Shown here: positions 50,351 through 63,100 of the stretch, piece by piece
Layout: each line of letters starts with the position of its first letter
Numbering within the stretch: position 1 is the first letter of the stretch
NCBI RefSeq assembly: GCF_000143415.4
Contig: NW_003314276.1
Location: 645,630-709,629 of the forward strand
DNA: 64,000 bases
From: Selaginella moellendorffii
Taxonomy: Eukaryota; Plantae; Lycopodiophyta
Reading direction: 5' to 3'
The notes under the pieces: generated by a model
What the model was told of the DNA's origin: nothing
Seen by the model: the letters and a program-made list of their open reading frames with translations, nothing else
The model's database searches: none
Program-made: the position numbers and the translations under genes

Positions 50351-50651
50351 TTATTCGTGAACAGGTAGCGGTGAAGAAAGTGGAACTCGTCTACTGTGCT
50401 ACCACGGAGATGGTGGCAGATATATTCACGAAGGCACTTCCACCAGCAGTGTTCTTGCGACATGTACAAGCTCTGGGCGTGAAGAAACGAAGTATTGCGA
50501 GCTCAACTTGAGTGGGAGTATTGAGGGAATATTCGTGATTCTGCTTAGGTCAAGTTGACCCGTCGTGTCTGTTCATTCTCTCATTAGTCAATAAGAGAAA
50601 CGCCCAGCAGGCCCCGGGCGTAGCACCAGCAGCGGCTGGCATTCCCGAATA
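50338..50651 (+). mobile_element. Copia RNase H C-terminus, PPT and short 3' LTR (50519-50651), opposite orientation to gag-RT
   Basis: IQFHFIREQV...EMVADIFTKAL; PPT gagtgggag; LTR ends tattgagggaat...attcccgaata; host BRF1 sequence resumes at 50652. Confidence 0.85.
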
Positions 50652-51511
50652 AAACCTTTTGGAGCTCGCGACGGCAGCGGCAGCAGCAGCAGAGATGTCA
50701 GTGGCGGATCCAGTTCCAGACGAAATTGCAGACAGAGCAGCAGCTTGTGCAGCTTTTGCTTGCAGCTATTGATGCGAGTTTTAAAATGTGTTGGCAGGAC
50801 AAACGTGAGCTGCCTACCTGAAGGTCTTCTTTGTTCATTTCCGTCCAGAAGACAGTTTTCAATCGTTCTTCTTCGGCATTGTTCAAGTAAGCATTCATCT
50901 GTAGGCAAAAGACATGAACTTGAGATACGACTGTTGAACGTTATTACCTCCTCGTCATCGAGGTCTGACAAAGTTTCTTCCACATCTGAGTTGCCCAGAG
51001 TTTCCGGAATTGTACTTTCTTCAAAATCTTCCAAGACACTTTCGGACATGGCTAAGTAGCCCGAGGAGTTCAAGGCTAAAGCAAAAGAGTTGGAACTTCA
51101 GGAGCCTGGTCCTCATGGACATTTAACCTAAATTCTTTGCGAACATAAAGAACAAGGTGCAGAAGCTGCTTTGACGAGGCTTTTTTTTTTCTTCTTTGAA
51201 AGGAAAGTATCCGGAAGGAGGCATTTCAACGAGCCAAAAATAAACTTTTTGATGCTGAAGGAGTAATTGCCGCGCAAACATGGACAATACTCACCTGCAT
51301 GCAGACATAGGCATCAAGCAGCGAAAGTAAGTGCACTCTTATCACCAAAATCGTGAATTTGAGCCGCAACAAAACTCCACTTGGTTTTCTGCCCGTCTGT
51401 ATAACAGAGGTTAAGCGAATTCAAAATGTAATCGAGCTGACCTGAATCCAATCCCGCTTCATGCTGACAGAAATTCTTAATGCGGAAGTCGCAATGGCAT
51501 GATCTATCCGT
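50652..51511 (-). pseudogene. BRF1: BRF1 (TFIIIB 90-kDa subunit) pseudogene fragment
   Basis: Spliced translation ALRISVSMKRDWIQ|TGRKPSG (intron 51397-51441), VSIVHVC, EETLSDLDDEE|MNAYLNNAEEERLKTVFWTEMNKEDLQ|LQAKAAQAA (introns 50899-50947, 50766-50817). Internal deletions; interrupted by the copia. Confidence 0.9.
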
Positions 51512-52356
51512 CTAAAGGAGCCTTTGCTTAATCCCAACGTACGAGACAGTAGAATAGCTCAAAAACTCATACTATCTAAATAGACTCGGATCGATAGGCT
51601 TTGCCATCATGGGATGTTCTTCTAGCTTCGGCGCTCATGCTTAGGAAGCTTGGTCGGACTTCCAGGAGTAGAATTGGAAAGTCTTCCTCGCCAGAAACCA
51701 AAAAATGGGGGAATCGAACCCTCACCTTTGAACCATGCCCCCGTGGCTGTGGAGCTTCATTCGCATTTAAGAATAAATCGACTGGACGAGCTCTTGCGCC
51801 GAGAGAGCCTGTCTTGATCATGGTCAGCCTCTCTTAAACTTGTAAATAATGATCGTGGGTAAAAGCTATTTTGATTCTTTGGATACCAACAAGCGGCAGC
51901 AACTGAAAGAAAGACTGCACAAACAGAAACAACACTCCCGGAAAACAAGTGGGATTTTGAGAAAATCTCGCGTAGAAAGTGGGATTTTTCCCACCCAGGA
52001 TCCTAACAAGAAGAGCGCTGGCTGAGTGATAATCGTTTTAATACTCTTCATAGTACTCTTCTTCTTGCGGTTGCACATAGAGTCCTCCCTTGCAATCTTC
52101 TTGTTCCTCTTCCTCTTCTCCTCCTTCGTTTCCATTTTCTTGTCCATCTCATTGATATTCCACTTCTTTCTTCTCGTCCAATGACATCTGTACGAGGCAT
52201 CGGCCCCTGACATCGCCGCTGCGCCGTCGCAGGCTCCGAAAAGGTTCGTGCATTTCAATGAAGTAATTCCTGTTCCTCGAAGTCCAGGCAAAAAAAATCG
52301 AGAAAAATTGCTGTAGCAGCTTTCAAAATGTTATCAATCTACATACTCTTTCTCAC

Positions 52357-52560
52357 CTTTACTTCCAGCATCTGACGTGCTGCCTCTGCCATGGACTCTG
52401 CCATGTGCATCTTCACTTGCAGCTATTATTGCTGCTTCCTTTCCAGCTCCTGTGAGCTTTAAAACACCTGACACCTGAAGTATTAGACAAACACCTGAAG
52501 GTGTTCTTTGTTCATTTCCGTCCAGATGACTTCCTCATTGTTGTTCAAGTAAGCATTCAT
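52357..52560 (-). pseudogene. BRF1: Second, diverged BRF1 C-terminal fragment
   Basis: MNAYLNNNEEVIWTEMNKEHLQ|...MAEAARQMLEVK| with GT-AG boundaries and in-frame stops. A further small + strand piece lies at ~52195-52290. Confidence 0.75.
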
Positions 52561-52606
52561 CTATAGGCAAAGGACATGAACTCAATTGAGAGAATGTTAG
52601 ATCACC

Positions 52607-55600
52607 TGTTAGGTGTGGTTAACGTTAGTCAAAGGGAAGCTCAAAGGGTATATTAAAGCATGTTAAGGAGTTTTTTAGGTAGTTTAGGGGTGGTTAGGTG
52701 AAAAAGAACCTTAAAAAGAGGTATAATGTAGTTTAGAGAGAGTAGACCTTTGTCTTTTCACATTAGATTATAACATCAGTATTAGAGAAGTTGGTTGCAA
52801 TGGCCAATTAAATTGAACATTGGAATTCTATTGTTAATGGTGGTGTCGATGAAGTTGTAAAGGTTTGAACCATTTAAGATGTTGTTCATGAGCTATGAGC
52901 TTTTAATCAAAATCAGCAAAAGATGCAAAACAAGATGCATGGTATAATATATATCATTCATGGATGTGGTGGCATTCTAAGTAAGACTTCCTTGGTAAAT
53001 TGACTTAAGATAGCAATGTTTTTTGGTGATGGTGGTGTGGAGGAGCGTCTAACTTAATTAGCAAATATGAAGAAGTTTTTGGCTGCTAGGGGAACTTTAA
53101 ATACAAAGACTTTAATGGTCATTCTAATGGTTTTGTGTGATATGGATCTTTAGTGGTAGAATTGGTTTAAGGAGTTTTATGTTGTAGATAAGAAACCACT
53201 AATGTCTACTGTGGATGAGTTTGAAGTTGCTTTTTGTTTACGTTTTGCCCCTCACTATGACGTGGAGAATACTTGCATAGAATTTTGACATTTCTAGCAA
53301 GGGAAAATAACGTTTAAGCACTATATTGAGAAGCTTATTTGCTTGATTAGTCATGTTCCAATGAAGGATCTAAATTAAAATAAGTCTTACTTCATTAATG
53401 ACCTTTATAGTGAGAGTATGCAACAACACTTGCATCATTATTAGGCTATAAAGAGTCTGGAGGAGCTCTTTGATGTGGCTCGTCGACTTGATAATGACAA
53501 GCAGGTCTTGCAAGTGTTCGAGAGGTCCTTCTGTCGAGCATTGTCATAATGATCATTGTGGACATAAGGATGGGAACAAATATCACAAGCTGAAGTTTAT
53601 GGTAGTTACTTCAGATGCAAAGGAAAAGTTATTCGTGTAGAATTATAGACAGAGTTGTCATCATTGCAGTGAATTTAAATGCTTAAAGGCTAATTATCCA
53701 CAATTGAAGAGTAAATAGTAAGGTAAAAAGAATGGTCAATCTTCTACTAATGGTAAACCAAATACTAAAAAGTTGTAAGCTTTGCAATGTAAAGATTACA
53801 GGGATGACCATTTCGGTCGGAGGAAGAGGTTTTTGATCATTGTTCATCAATTTAACTACGTGTGGAATAAGATAGAACTCAAAGACACTTGTATATCAAC
53901 TTTAATGTTAGAGGGTGTATTTTGTGGTAGTCTAATGCAAATTTTACTAAATAATAGACGATGACAACTTTGTTTTAGTAATGTTTATTGAGGAGTATGG
54001 CTTAGTGATATGAGGAGTTCTTCTATATACAGTGGAAGGTGCAACTACTTCTGCTTAGCATTTGGATGCTTGTATAGAGGTGCTAGAAGTGTTGTTTGGC
54101 AAAACCACATTTTTGGAGACTTCTTATTTCGTAAATATCTATTGTATGGATTTCATTTTTGGGATGCTATAGTTGATGAAGGTGGATCCAGAGATAAAGT
54201 GGAATATAAGTGTGTTTTGCTAGAGTTCGATGGCATTAAAGATGTGTAGCTTGGAGAGGGAGTTCAATCTTTACTTGTTATGCTCTCCACTACATCTTTG
54301 AAGTAGGCTTGTTGTAATGGAAAAACACTTTCAAGTTACTTGTTATTTATTCGTGACTTGGGGGATTTAAGGCATATGTAGAGGAAAGGTAGCTATACAG
54401 GTTGTACTTAAAGAGTTTTTTTATATTTTTCCATCTAAACTTCCTCTTGGGTTGCCTCCATTACGAGGTGTGGAGCATGGGATTACACTAGAGCTAAGGA
54501 CACAACCAATTTATTAGTGTCCATTTCGGTTGAGTTATGTAGATGAGCAAGAAGTTTAACAATAAGTCAAAAAGTTATCTGAATTTAGATTTATTCAACC
54601 AAGTAGGTCTTTATTTAGTGTTCCGGTCTTGCTTATGAAAAAGAAAGACAATTCAATATAGATGTGTATTGACTACCATGCCTTGAATAAAAAAGGATAA
54701 AATGCCGATATTGCGTATGGATGATATCTTAGACAAACTTGGTAAAGGACGAGTGTTTACCAAGATTGATTTGAGGAGTGGATATTATCAGATTGTAATG
54801 GATGATATATCTATCTCTAAGATGGCATTTAACATGAGTTTCAGGCATTTTGAGTTTATAGTTTGTTTTTTGGTTTGACAAATGCACCAGCCACATTTAC
54901 TTAGTTGATAACGGAGGTATCTAAGTGTTATTTTCATGAGTTTGTAAAGATTTTTTTGGATGATATTCTTGTTTTCAACAAGAATATAAAAGAGCATAAA
55001 ATGCATTTACACAAGGTTCTTTTGTTACTACTTGGATAGCAAATTTTATATAAAGAAGAGCAAATATGAATTTGCAAAGCTAGAAATGGGATATTTAGGC
55101 TATATTGTGACATATCCAAGAAAGGTGGCTATGATGGAGAACAAACTTACACCAACTTCTATAACCGAGTTACACAGCTTCCTTGGTATGGCTAGTTGCT
55201 ACCGACGTTTTTAACACAAGTTTGCAAAGATGGCTATTTCTTTTACAGTTGTTATGCAAGAACGTGCCATTAGAATGGAAAAAGCCACATAAAAAATGTT
55301 TTGTGGTATTGAAATAATTATTGAGTGAGGCTGCAATGCTTTACATTGCTAATCTATCAAAACCTTATAAAGTGATATGTGATGTGAATGGTTGTGCACT
55401 AGGAGGAATTCTCATGCAAGAAGGACATCCTATTGCATATGAGAGTCAAACTTCAAATCCTATAGAGTAATGTTATTCCATATATGAGCAAGAGTTACTC
55501 TCTATTGTTCATGTTTTGCAAATATGGCAATATTATCTTTATAGTGTAGTGTTTGTAGTGTTGATGGATCACAAACATTTTATGTATCTTTTTACACAAA

Positions 55601-57553
55601 AGGAGTTGAACACTAGACAAGTTCGTTAGATGGTTAAATTCATAGAGTTTGGGGAATTTCCTATTGAGCATTGTTTGGGAAAATTGAATATGGTGGAAGA
55701 TGTTTTATCTTGTATTCATCATGTGATGGCATTACAAACACAATTTTGTCATAATTTGAGTAAAGTGGTCAGTGAGTTTGGGCAGTTGGTTAAGTCTGCT
55801 CAAGGTCAAGATATTGAGGTGGTCTCTTTCATTGATGGATTGGATTCTTTACTACAATAGTTGTGTATATTTGCTATGGGTGGATGTGTTAATTACTCAA
55901 GTTTTATTCCACTATCATGATTGTTTAGAGGCTGGTTATTTTGAGGGGAAGAAAATATATGACTTGATTAAGTGCAATTTTTATTGGAAGAATATAAAAG
56001 CTAATATCCTTGAGTATTGTAAATCATGTAAGCTCTTTCGGCAAGTAAAGGTGCTATAGGAGAAACTAAAAGGACTTTTACAACTTTTTATCTATTCTTC
56101 AAAGCTATTGATATAGTATTTCTATAGACTTCATAACTTGCTTGCCACAAACATAGAGGCAAAATGAGCAAGTATAGGTTATAGTGGATCTTTTAACAAA
56201 GTATGTGCAATTGTTGGTTCTTTGGAGGACTGTCATTGCCTCAAACTTGGCTGCAATTTATTTAGAGAAGGTTTTTCCTAACTTTGGTTTGCTGGAGAAT
56301 ATCATTAGTGATTGAGATTCAAAGTTCACTAGTGGATTTTGGAAGAGTTTTCCAAAGGCTATACAAGTGATTTTAAAACTCTCAAATGGAGATCATTCTT
56401 AAATGAATAAGCAAACCAAGCATGTGAATCAAGTGGTGGAAGATATACTACACTATAGCATTAATCAAAATCAAGAACAATGGGATTTGTATCTTCCATT
56501 AGTGCAATTTTCCTAACACAATGGAACCAAGTTAAATTTTTACTTTGCGATGTTTGGAAAACATCCTTGAATAGTGGTAGAGTTGGAATTGCATTTGAGT
56601 AAATATGTTTAAAATAAGCTTGATTTTGAGGCAAATGATTTGGCTATAGAATTTGATAAGATTCTGGTGGTGTGTAAATGAAATTTGTAGGCAGTTTAGG
56701 ATAGAGTGGAAAAGTTTGCTAATGAGCATTGCTAATTTTGAGAATATAGGGTGGGTGATCTTGTCTTTGTGCAAGTGATTTTTCTGTCAAGTGAGCAGCA
56801 GAACACTTTGGTGCCTTTACAAAATGGGAAGAGTGACAAAATTTTCATTGATATACTAGTCTATATAAAGTGCTAGAGCACATTGGTAAAGTGGGTTATT
56901 GGTACGACTATCAATTAGGGTGAAAATTCATTTAGTATTTTATATTAGCCAGTTAAAAGGTGTAATATCTTGGAGTGAAAGGCCTAATACTTCATTACTT
57001 GATATATACAACTGTGGACAATAGACTAGGAGTTTGAGTAGAGTTCCCCAAAAAGGGTGATCATCAGTACAACTAGTCTTTGGGATAAGGACTTTATTGG
57101 GGGGGGGGTTGGGGGTGGGGGGTATATCTTAAAAATATTCGACCAAGTGCTATAATATATGAAATAGGTATCCACCTCCTTTTTTTTCTACTTTTAAGTC
57201 ATAGTTCAATTCACTTATTATTATTTAGGTTTATTGGGTTTGAAATAAAATTTTTGAATTATGAATTTTGTGAAGATCTTTCAGCTAATCAATAACTTAC
57301 AATTAACAGTTGATTCATTTTAAGAGTTGAGTTAGTGGGGCAGAATTGTTAGGTGTTAGCTTTGACGATATGGTCAATGTTGGTTAGAGTGAAGTTTAAA
57401 GGTATACTTAGGCATGTTAAGATCAGGAATTTAACCTACCCTAGGGTTCATAGTGGAGTAGTGGCACAAGTTACTCTAGAGAGGAATCTTAAAAAGAGGT
57501 GTAATATTGTTTAAGGAGACTAAATCTTTGTATTTTCATATTAGATCATAATA
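52607..57553 (+). mobile_element. Old degenerate full-length Ty3/gypsy LTR retrotransposon (LTRs 52607-52775 and 57347-57553)
   Basis: Both LTRs start tgttaggtgt and end ttagat(t/c)ataa(c/t)a; flanks tcacc/tcaca; decayed PBS. RT motifs MCIDYHALN, FTKIDLRSGYYQI, FLDDILVF, then RNase H and integrase remnants; many stops. Confidence 0.9.
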
Positions 57554-58943
57554 TCACATGGTTAAATATATAAGCAAATAAGAGATTCAATACCTTTAAA
57601 GCCTTTCCTTAATCACGCATATGCAATTCTTCAAGGTCTTCCAAGAGAAACTCCTTTAGCTTTCTTTTTTTAGCATCAAAACATTTCTGACTAGCTAGTT
57701 AAAGTATAGATGGATTGGACTCTCCTTCCAAACCATTAGATCCTTTCATAAATTGAAATGCCAAATGTTATATAGTGAAGATCTAAGTTACAAGAAAGAA
57801 AAAATAGCTCAACAAAGAGCACACCAGTGTATGTTTATTTTTTTAAAATTTTGAATCCACTTTATTTCATATTTCCTTATAATATTTTTTAAATATGACA
57901 GGAAGAAAAGTGAGTTTTCTTTTAAAGTTTTTTATATTATTAGTATTGTATTTGAAATGCCTTTTCTTTTCACCTTCATAAAGGATTGGACAAGGAAGAG
58001 AAAGAATTAATAGTGTATGGTTTAAGTGATTTAAGTTGTTTTCTTAGGATTAAAAAATTTATCTTTAAAAATCATATAAATTAGTAACTTTAAAAATTGA
58101 GATAATGAAATTGAGTTGAAATAGATTGACTTTATTTAAATTAAAATTTATTGTTGTGTCTTCCACAAATATCTAGTACTTGGCAATTGTCAATCCAGTT
58201 GACTACCAATGTCTCTCTAACTTTGTTCCACCTAAATGCATCAATATGTAAATCTTTACCTAAGTTAACGTTAATCTTTTATATAATACTTTAGTGCCAA
58301 TAGTAAGTTCCTAAACTAAAGATTTTTGATTTTTTATAGCAACTTTGTTATTTTAGTGAGGTTGTAATTATTAAACTCTGTAACTGTAGCAATAAATAAT
58401 TGTGTTTCATAGTATAAGTAATGAAAGTTATAAAGACAAAAGAATAAAGTCTTTTACGAATGTTGTTTATGAAAAATAAAAAGTTAAGATTACAAATCAA
58501 ATAAATAGTTACAAAGTTGTTAGAACTTTGTGCATTAGGAAGCTTTGCATTTTCAAGAGTCAAACAACATAAAATAATAGTATATATATAAATCTACATA
58601 TTTTATTTTCAATCCAAAATTTCTAACTTATTTTGTAGTGTTTTTTTTGCCATAAGAAGAAAAAAAGATTTTTGAGTCCTATCTTTAACACTTATAGAGA
58701 ACGTGATAACTTTCTTATTTTCTACTTAAAAAATCTTAAAAATATTCGACCAAGTGCTACAATATATGAAATAGGTATCCACCTCCTTTTTTTTCTACTT
58801 TTAAGTCATAGTTCAATTCACTTATTATTATTTAGGTTTATTGGGTTTGAAATAAATTTTTTGAATTATGAATTTTGTGAAGATCTTTCAGCTAATCAAT
58901 AACTTACAATTAACAGTTGATTCATTTTAAGAGTTGAGTTAGT
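57126..58943 (+). repeat. 211-bp direct duplication (57126-57336 = 58733-58943)
   Basis: Near-identical atcttaaaaatattcgaccaag...gagttgagttagt segments. Confidence 0.92.
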
Positions 58944-60120
58944 AGCATGTTGTGAGTGGTAAATATATATATAATTGCAGTTATATTTTTAAAATCAAGC
59001 ATAGTGAATTAGCAATTGATCCTATCACTACTGCTTGCTCAAGTACTTGATCTTGTTGTAATAATCATTAATAACTATTTATTTTTTAATTTTTATTATA
59101 TTATTGAAAATTTCATAAATTAAGTATTTTCCATGCTTCTTTTTAACTTTTACTTTTCTATTGTACTTTTTTAGAAATTGTTTTTAGAAGCTATATATAA
59201 GCTCTTGAAAAGAGGCATATTTTTATAATTATCCATAGTTTCAAGTCAATATAGAACTCCTTAACAAAAGATAAAATATGTAATCATATGATAAAGCTAT
59301 AGTAAAAAAATAAATAAATGGCTAACATATATGTTTTTCCTTTCTTGATGATATATGATTTAATATTGTATTATTTAATCTTTCATTTGAAATGATTTTT
59401 AATCATAAATAGTTCTTGCATTTTTTTATATTTTTAGATGAATTTTGGTACCATGTCATACAAAGAAATGATTACCTAACAACATTATCTATATTAGATT
59501 AAGTTCAAATTTTTAAATGGACTTTTTCAAGTTTGACTCTATCAATTGGTATGGGTATGCAATTTTAAAATCAGTCTACAAAAGCCTGAGAATGTATAAA
59601 TTAAGTTTATTAACCAGTAAAAATTATAAAAAACAAAATAATAAAGTGGCAAAAGTGGCGAATGGAGAAAAAATATTACAAAAGTTGAAAAGGTGGAGAA
59701 AGGTATGGTGAAAATTCCAAAAGTGGTAAAAATAAAGGATAAAAACTAATATATAAAAAAAATGAGAAAAATCAACAATAGTATTTATCTGTGAAAGATA
59801 TACCTATGTATGCAACGCAAGAACCATAATTCTATCCTGATTAGTTTTAAATCCATGAAATTGAAATATATTCAAATTAAAGGTTAAATTTTTTTATTAT
59901 ATTTCATAGTGATTATGACTTTCATTTATACTTTGGCCATAAGTACTTTATAAGGATTGAAGAATCCCATCTCTTAAGCATAGGTGGTTGAAACTTAGAT
60001 TTTAATGACAATTGCAAAAGTTGCAACCACTTGTAAAATGTTTCAAGAAGTGAATCAGAATTTTTAACTCCTAAGTCATGACATGCATTAATATTCAAAT
60101 AACACCATTTTTCTTATGCA

Positions 60121-63100
60121 TGTAAGGAACAAACTCCCCGAGGTGTCAAAGGATAAAGGATCCCCGAAAGCACAACTGAAATGATAAAGAGTTCATCGGA
60201 TGGGACCGAGTTTAAGATCAAGTCCAAAACCGACTCTGAGACCGATAAGCCACAAATTTTTCCTTTCCAATTTACCAACTTACCTTGTCTATCCGACCAA
60301 CATTGCCTTGGCTTTTGCTAAGTTCCCTTGCCAAGGTTCCCGCTTATTGTATCAGCTCTTACTTGGTCTTACTTGGTTTTAGCTACTCACTGCACGAGCA
60401 ATGAAGCATTAACCATCCATCCACGAATTCCCAAATCTCTCCCAATCCCCAAGTTTGATTGGACTTAAAGTTTAGCTATACTCCCCACAGGCACAAGCAG
60501 CCAAGCACACCAAGCCCCCAAGTTCTTAACATCCCTTAGTACAATAAGACTTGATCATAAGACCTTATAAATCCCAAGCCTTGGGTACAACACTTGCTTC
60601 GGGAGATCGGGGCGAAACACCGTGGCCTAACGGCCCGTATAGGTACCTCTACCCCCCCACTTCCATCTTGAAGGGAAGGCCCAAGCCCTTGGAAGGGCGA
60701 GGACCAATGAGCCGCAAGGTACTCAAATAGGGCACCATTCTATATGAGCCGGGAGCATTGCAAGTGATTTCCCTTTCAGGAATGGGAGCTGCTCTTGAGC
60801 ACTTCCTTAGGTGGCCCCTCCGGCACCACCCAAGTCCATGCTCACTCCCACCCAAGGCCCTTCGGTCCCAGTCTCAACCTTAAGTCAGTTTGGAAGCACC
60901 ACTGGAGAGTTTCTTCAAGACTCGTTCCTAGACCTCAATATCCCTACTATACTTTTACCCCCTGTAGCCCCCCTAGGAGATGCACGCTTTGGGCTTTCAC
61001 CCCTTGACCTATATTAGTACTTGGACTCGATCTCGGACCTGACTTCGGACTCGGTCTCGGACTTGATCTCGGACTCGACCTCGGACCTGATCTCGGACTT
61101 GACCTCGGACTTGATCACGGACTCAACCTCGGACTCGAACTCGAACTCGGTCTTGGATCTGTTCTCGGATCTTGGACTCGGTCTCGAACTCAGTTTCGAA
61201 CACAGTCTCGAAGTCGGCGTCAGACTCAATCCCAGACTCTATCTCAAACTCGGTCTCAGAGTCGGTCTTGGACTCGATCTCAGACTCGGTCTCATCTGAT
61301 GAACTCTTTATCATTTCAGTCATGCTTTCAGGGATCCTTTAGCTTGTGACACCTCAAAGAGTTGGTTCCTTACAACTCCACCACCCATAGAAGAAGTTCG
61401 ATACCCACATCGAACGTCTCTTTTTAAATCCTACGACTTATTAACCATTTCTCCAAGGGCATCCCCCACTTAGCGGTGTGCTTAAGTTAGCCTCCCTGGC
61501 CAAAAGCCCATGACAACGGAATATAAGTGTCCCTATACCCTCACCTCACCACACCCTAGTATGGGGTTGGGACTTGAACCCAACTTTGCTTTACTTGGGG
61601 GTTGGGACTCGAACCCAACTTCCATAGAATATGTCTACGGATTCGATATCCCCGCGGGGAGTCGGGCGTAGTGCCTTGCGCCTGGTCGACCTAACTAACC
61701 CATGCTAATTAATTTACCTTTGGTGTGCCTTTGGGTCCTAATATATACCATTGCTCAACTTCACAAATTGATATATGTTAATTGAACTTTGCATAAGTAT
61801 ATAGAGTTCTGCCATGTAGAAATTCCTCCATTAGATCTTACACATTCACTAGGTTCTCCTCTGGTTTCAATATTGCTTCGCAGTGTGGAAATCTTTTCCA
61901 CTTCATATGGAACTCTCTCACTTGTGTTTTTGTCGGTTGCTCTTGCATGCATTAAGGATGGCCTTGATTTTGTATTCCTCTTCCCATTGGATAACCTCAG
62001 GTAAAGGTCTCACTTGGTCCTTGTGAAGCGGATCTTCAAAGTACGGCTTGAGTAGGTTCACATGGAACACCTCTCTCGAGGAAGTCGGAGGTGGTAAGCC
62101 ACTTTACCGATTGGTGCCTTAATCTCGTAAGACCCTGCGAACTTGCTTAAGGAACTCAAGATCAGTTCATTTCTGGGAATACATAACTTCCGGCTGATCC
62201 CACTTGGTAGCCTTAGATTTTTGGTGTTCAGCCACACCTTCTCCCTAGGTTGGAACTCTATGTCCCGGCGCTTCTAGTTGGCATACTTAATTTGCCTTTG
62301 TTGAGCCCGTTCCAAGGGATCCCTCACTAAATTCCAAATGTTGAGCCTTTTCACCATGAATACCTCCACTACGGGTAACTCTCCATGATACTCGGCTACG
62401 CTGAGTTCCACAGGACCTTTAATAGCTCACCCATTGATGATTTCCCATGGACTCACCTCGATACTCGAGTGTGGTGAATTGTTATACCACATTTCCACAA
62501 GTCCCAAATGACTTACCCAATCGGTCTGGTCTCCTAAGACATAGCATTGCAAATAATCCTCCAGCTGCCTATTCACCCTTTCCGTTTGTCCATTTGTTAA
62601 GAAGTGTTAATGCCATCAAACTTGACTTAATACCCAATACCTATTTGTGGGTGATAGGTTGTGCTTAATTTCAACTTGGTGCGATATTGTTCCAAGAGAG
62701 TTCTCCAGAACTTACTGGTGAAGATCTTATCTCGATCTAAGATGATCTCTTTTGGCCTTTTCCGCACTCGAACCACCTATTCAAAGAACAGCTTTGCCAC
62801 ACCTTCTGCATCCACATCCGTTGTGGTGGGTATGAAATGTGCCATCTTCGAAAATCGGTCTACCACCACGAATATCGCATCGAACCCCTCACTTGGGGGG
62901 AGTCCCGTGATGAAGTCCATAGTAAGACATTTCCACGGGTGATTTGGATTTGGGATGCTTTGTAACAAGCCCCCACTAGCCTTAGTCACGGCTTTAACCT
63001 ACTGACATGTTGGACATGTCTTTACATAGTCTTGGATGTCCTTAGCCATATTTGGCTAGTGATATTTCCTCTTGAGTAAGCCCATCGTATTGGGCACTCC

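Noticed and set aside
61014-61323. Ser/Asp/Glu-rich ORFs and a possible CRISPR-like periodicity
   Set aside because: Translation of a 6/12-bp tandem repeat; no unique spacers, eukaryotic context.
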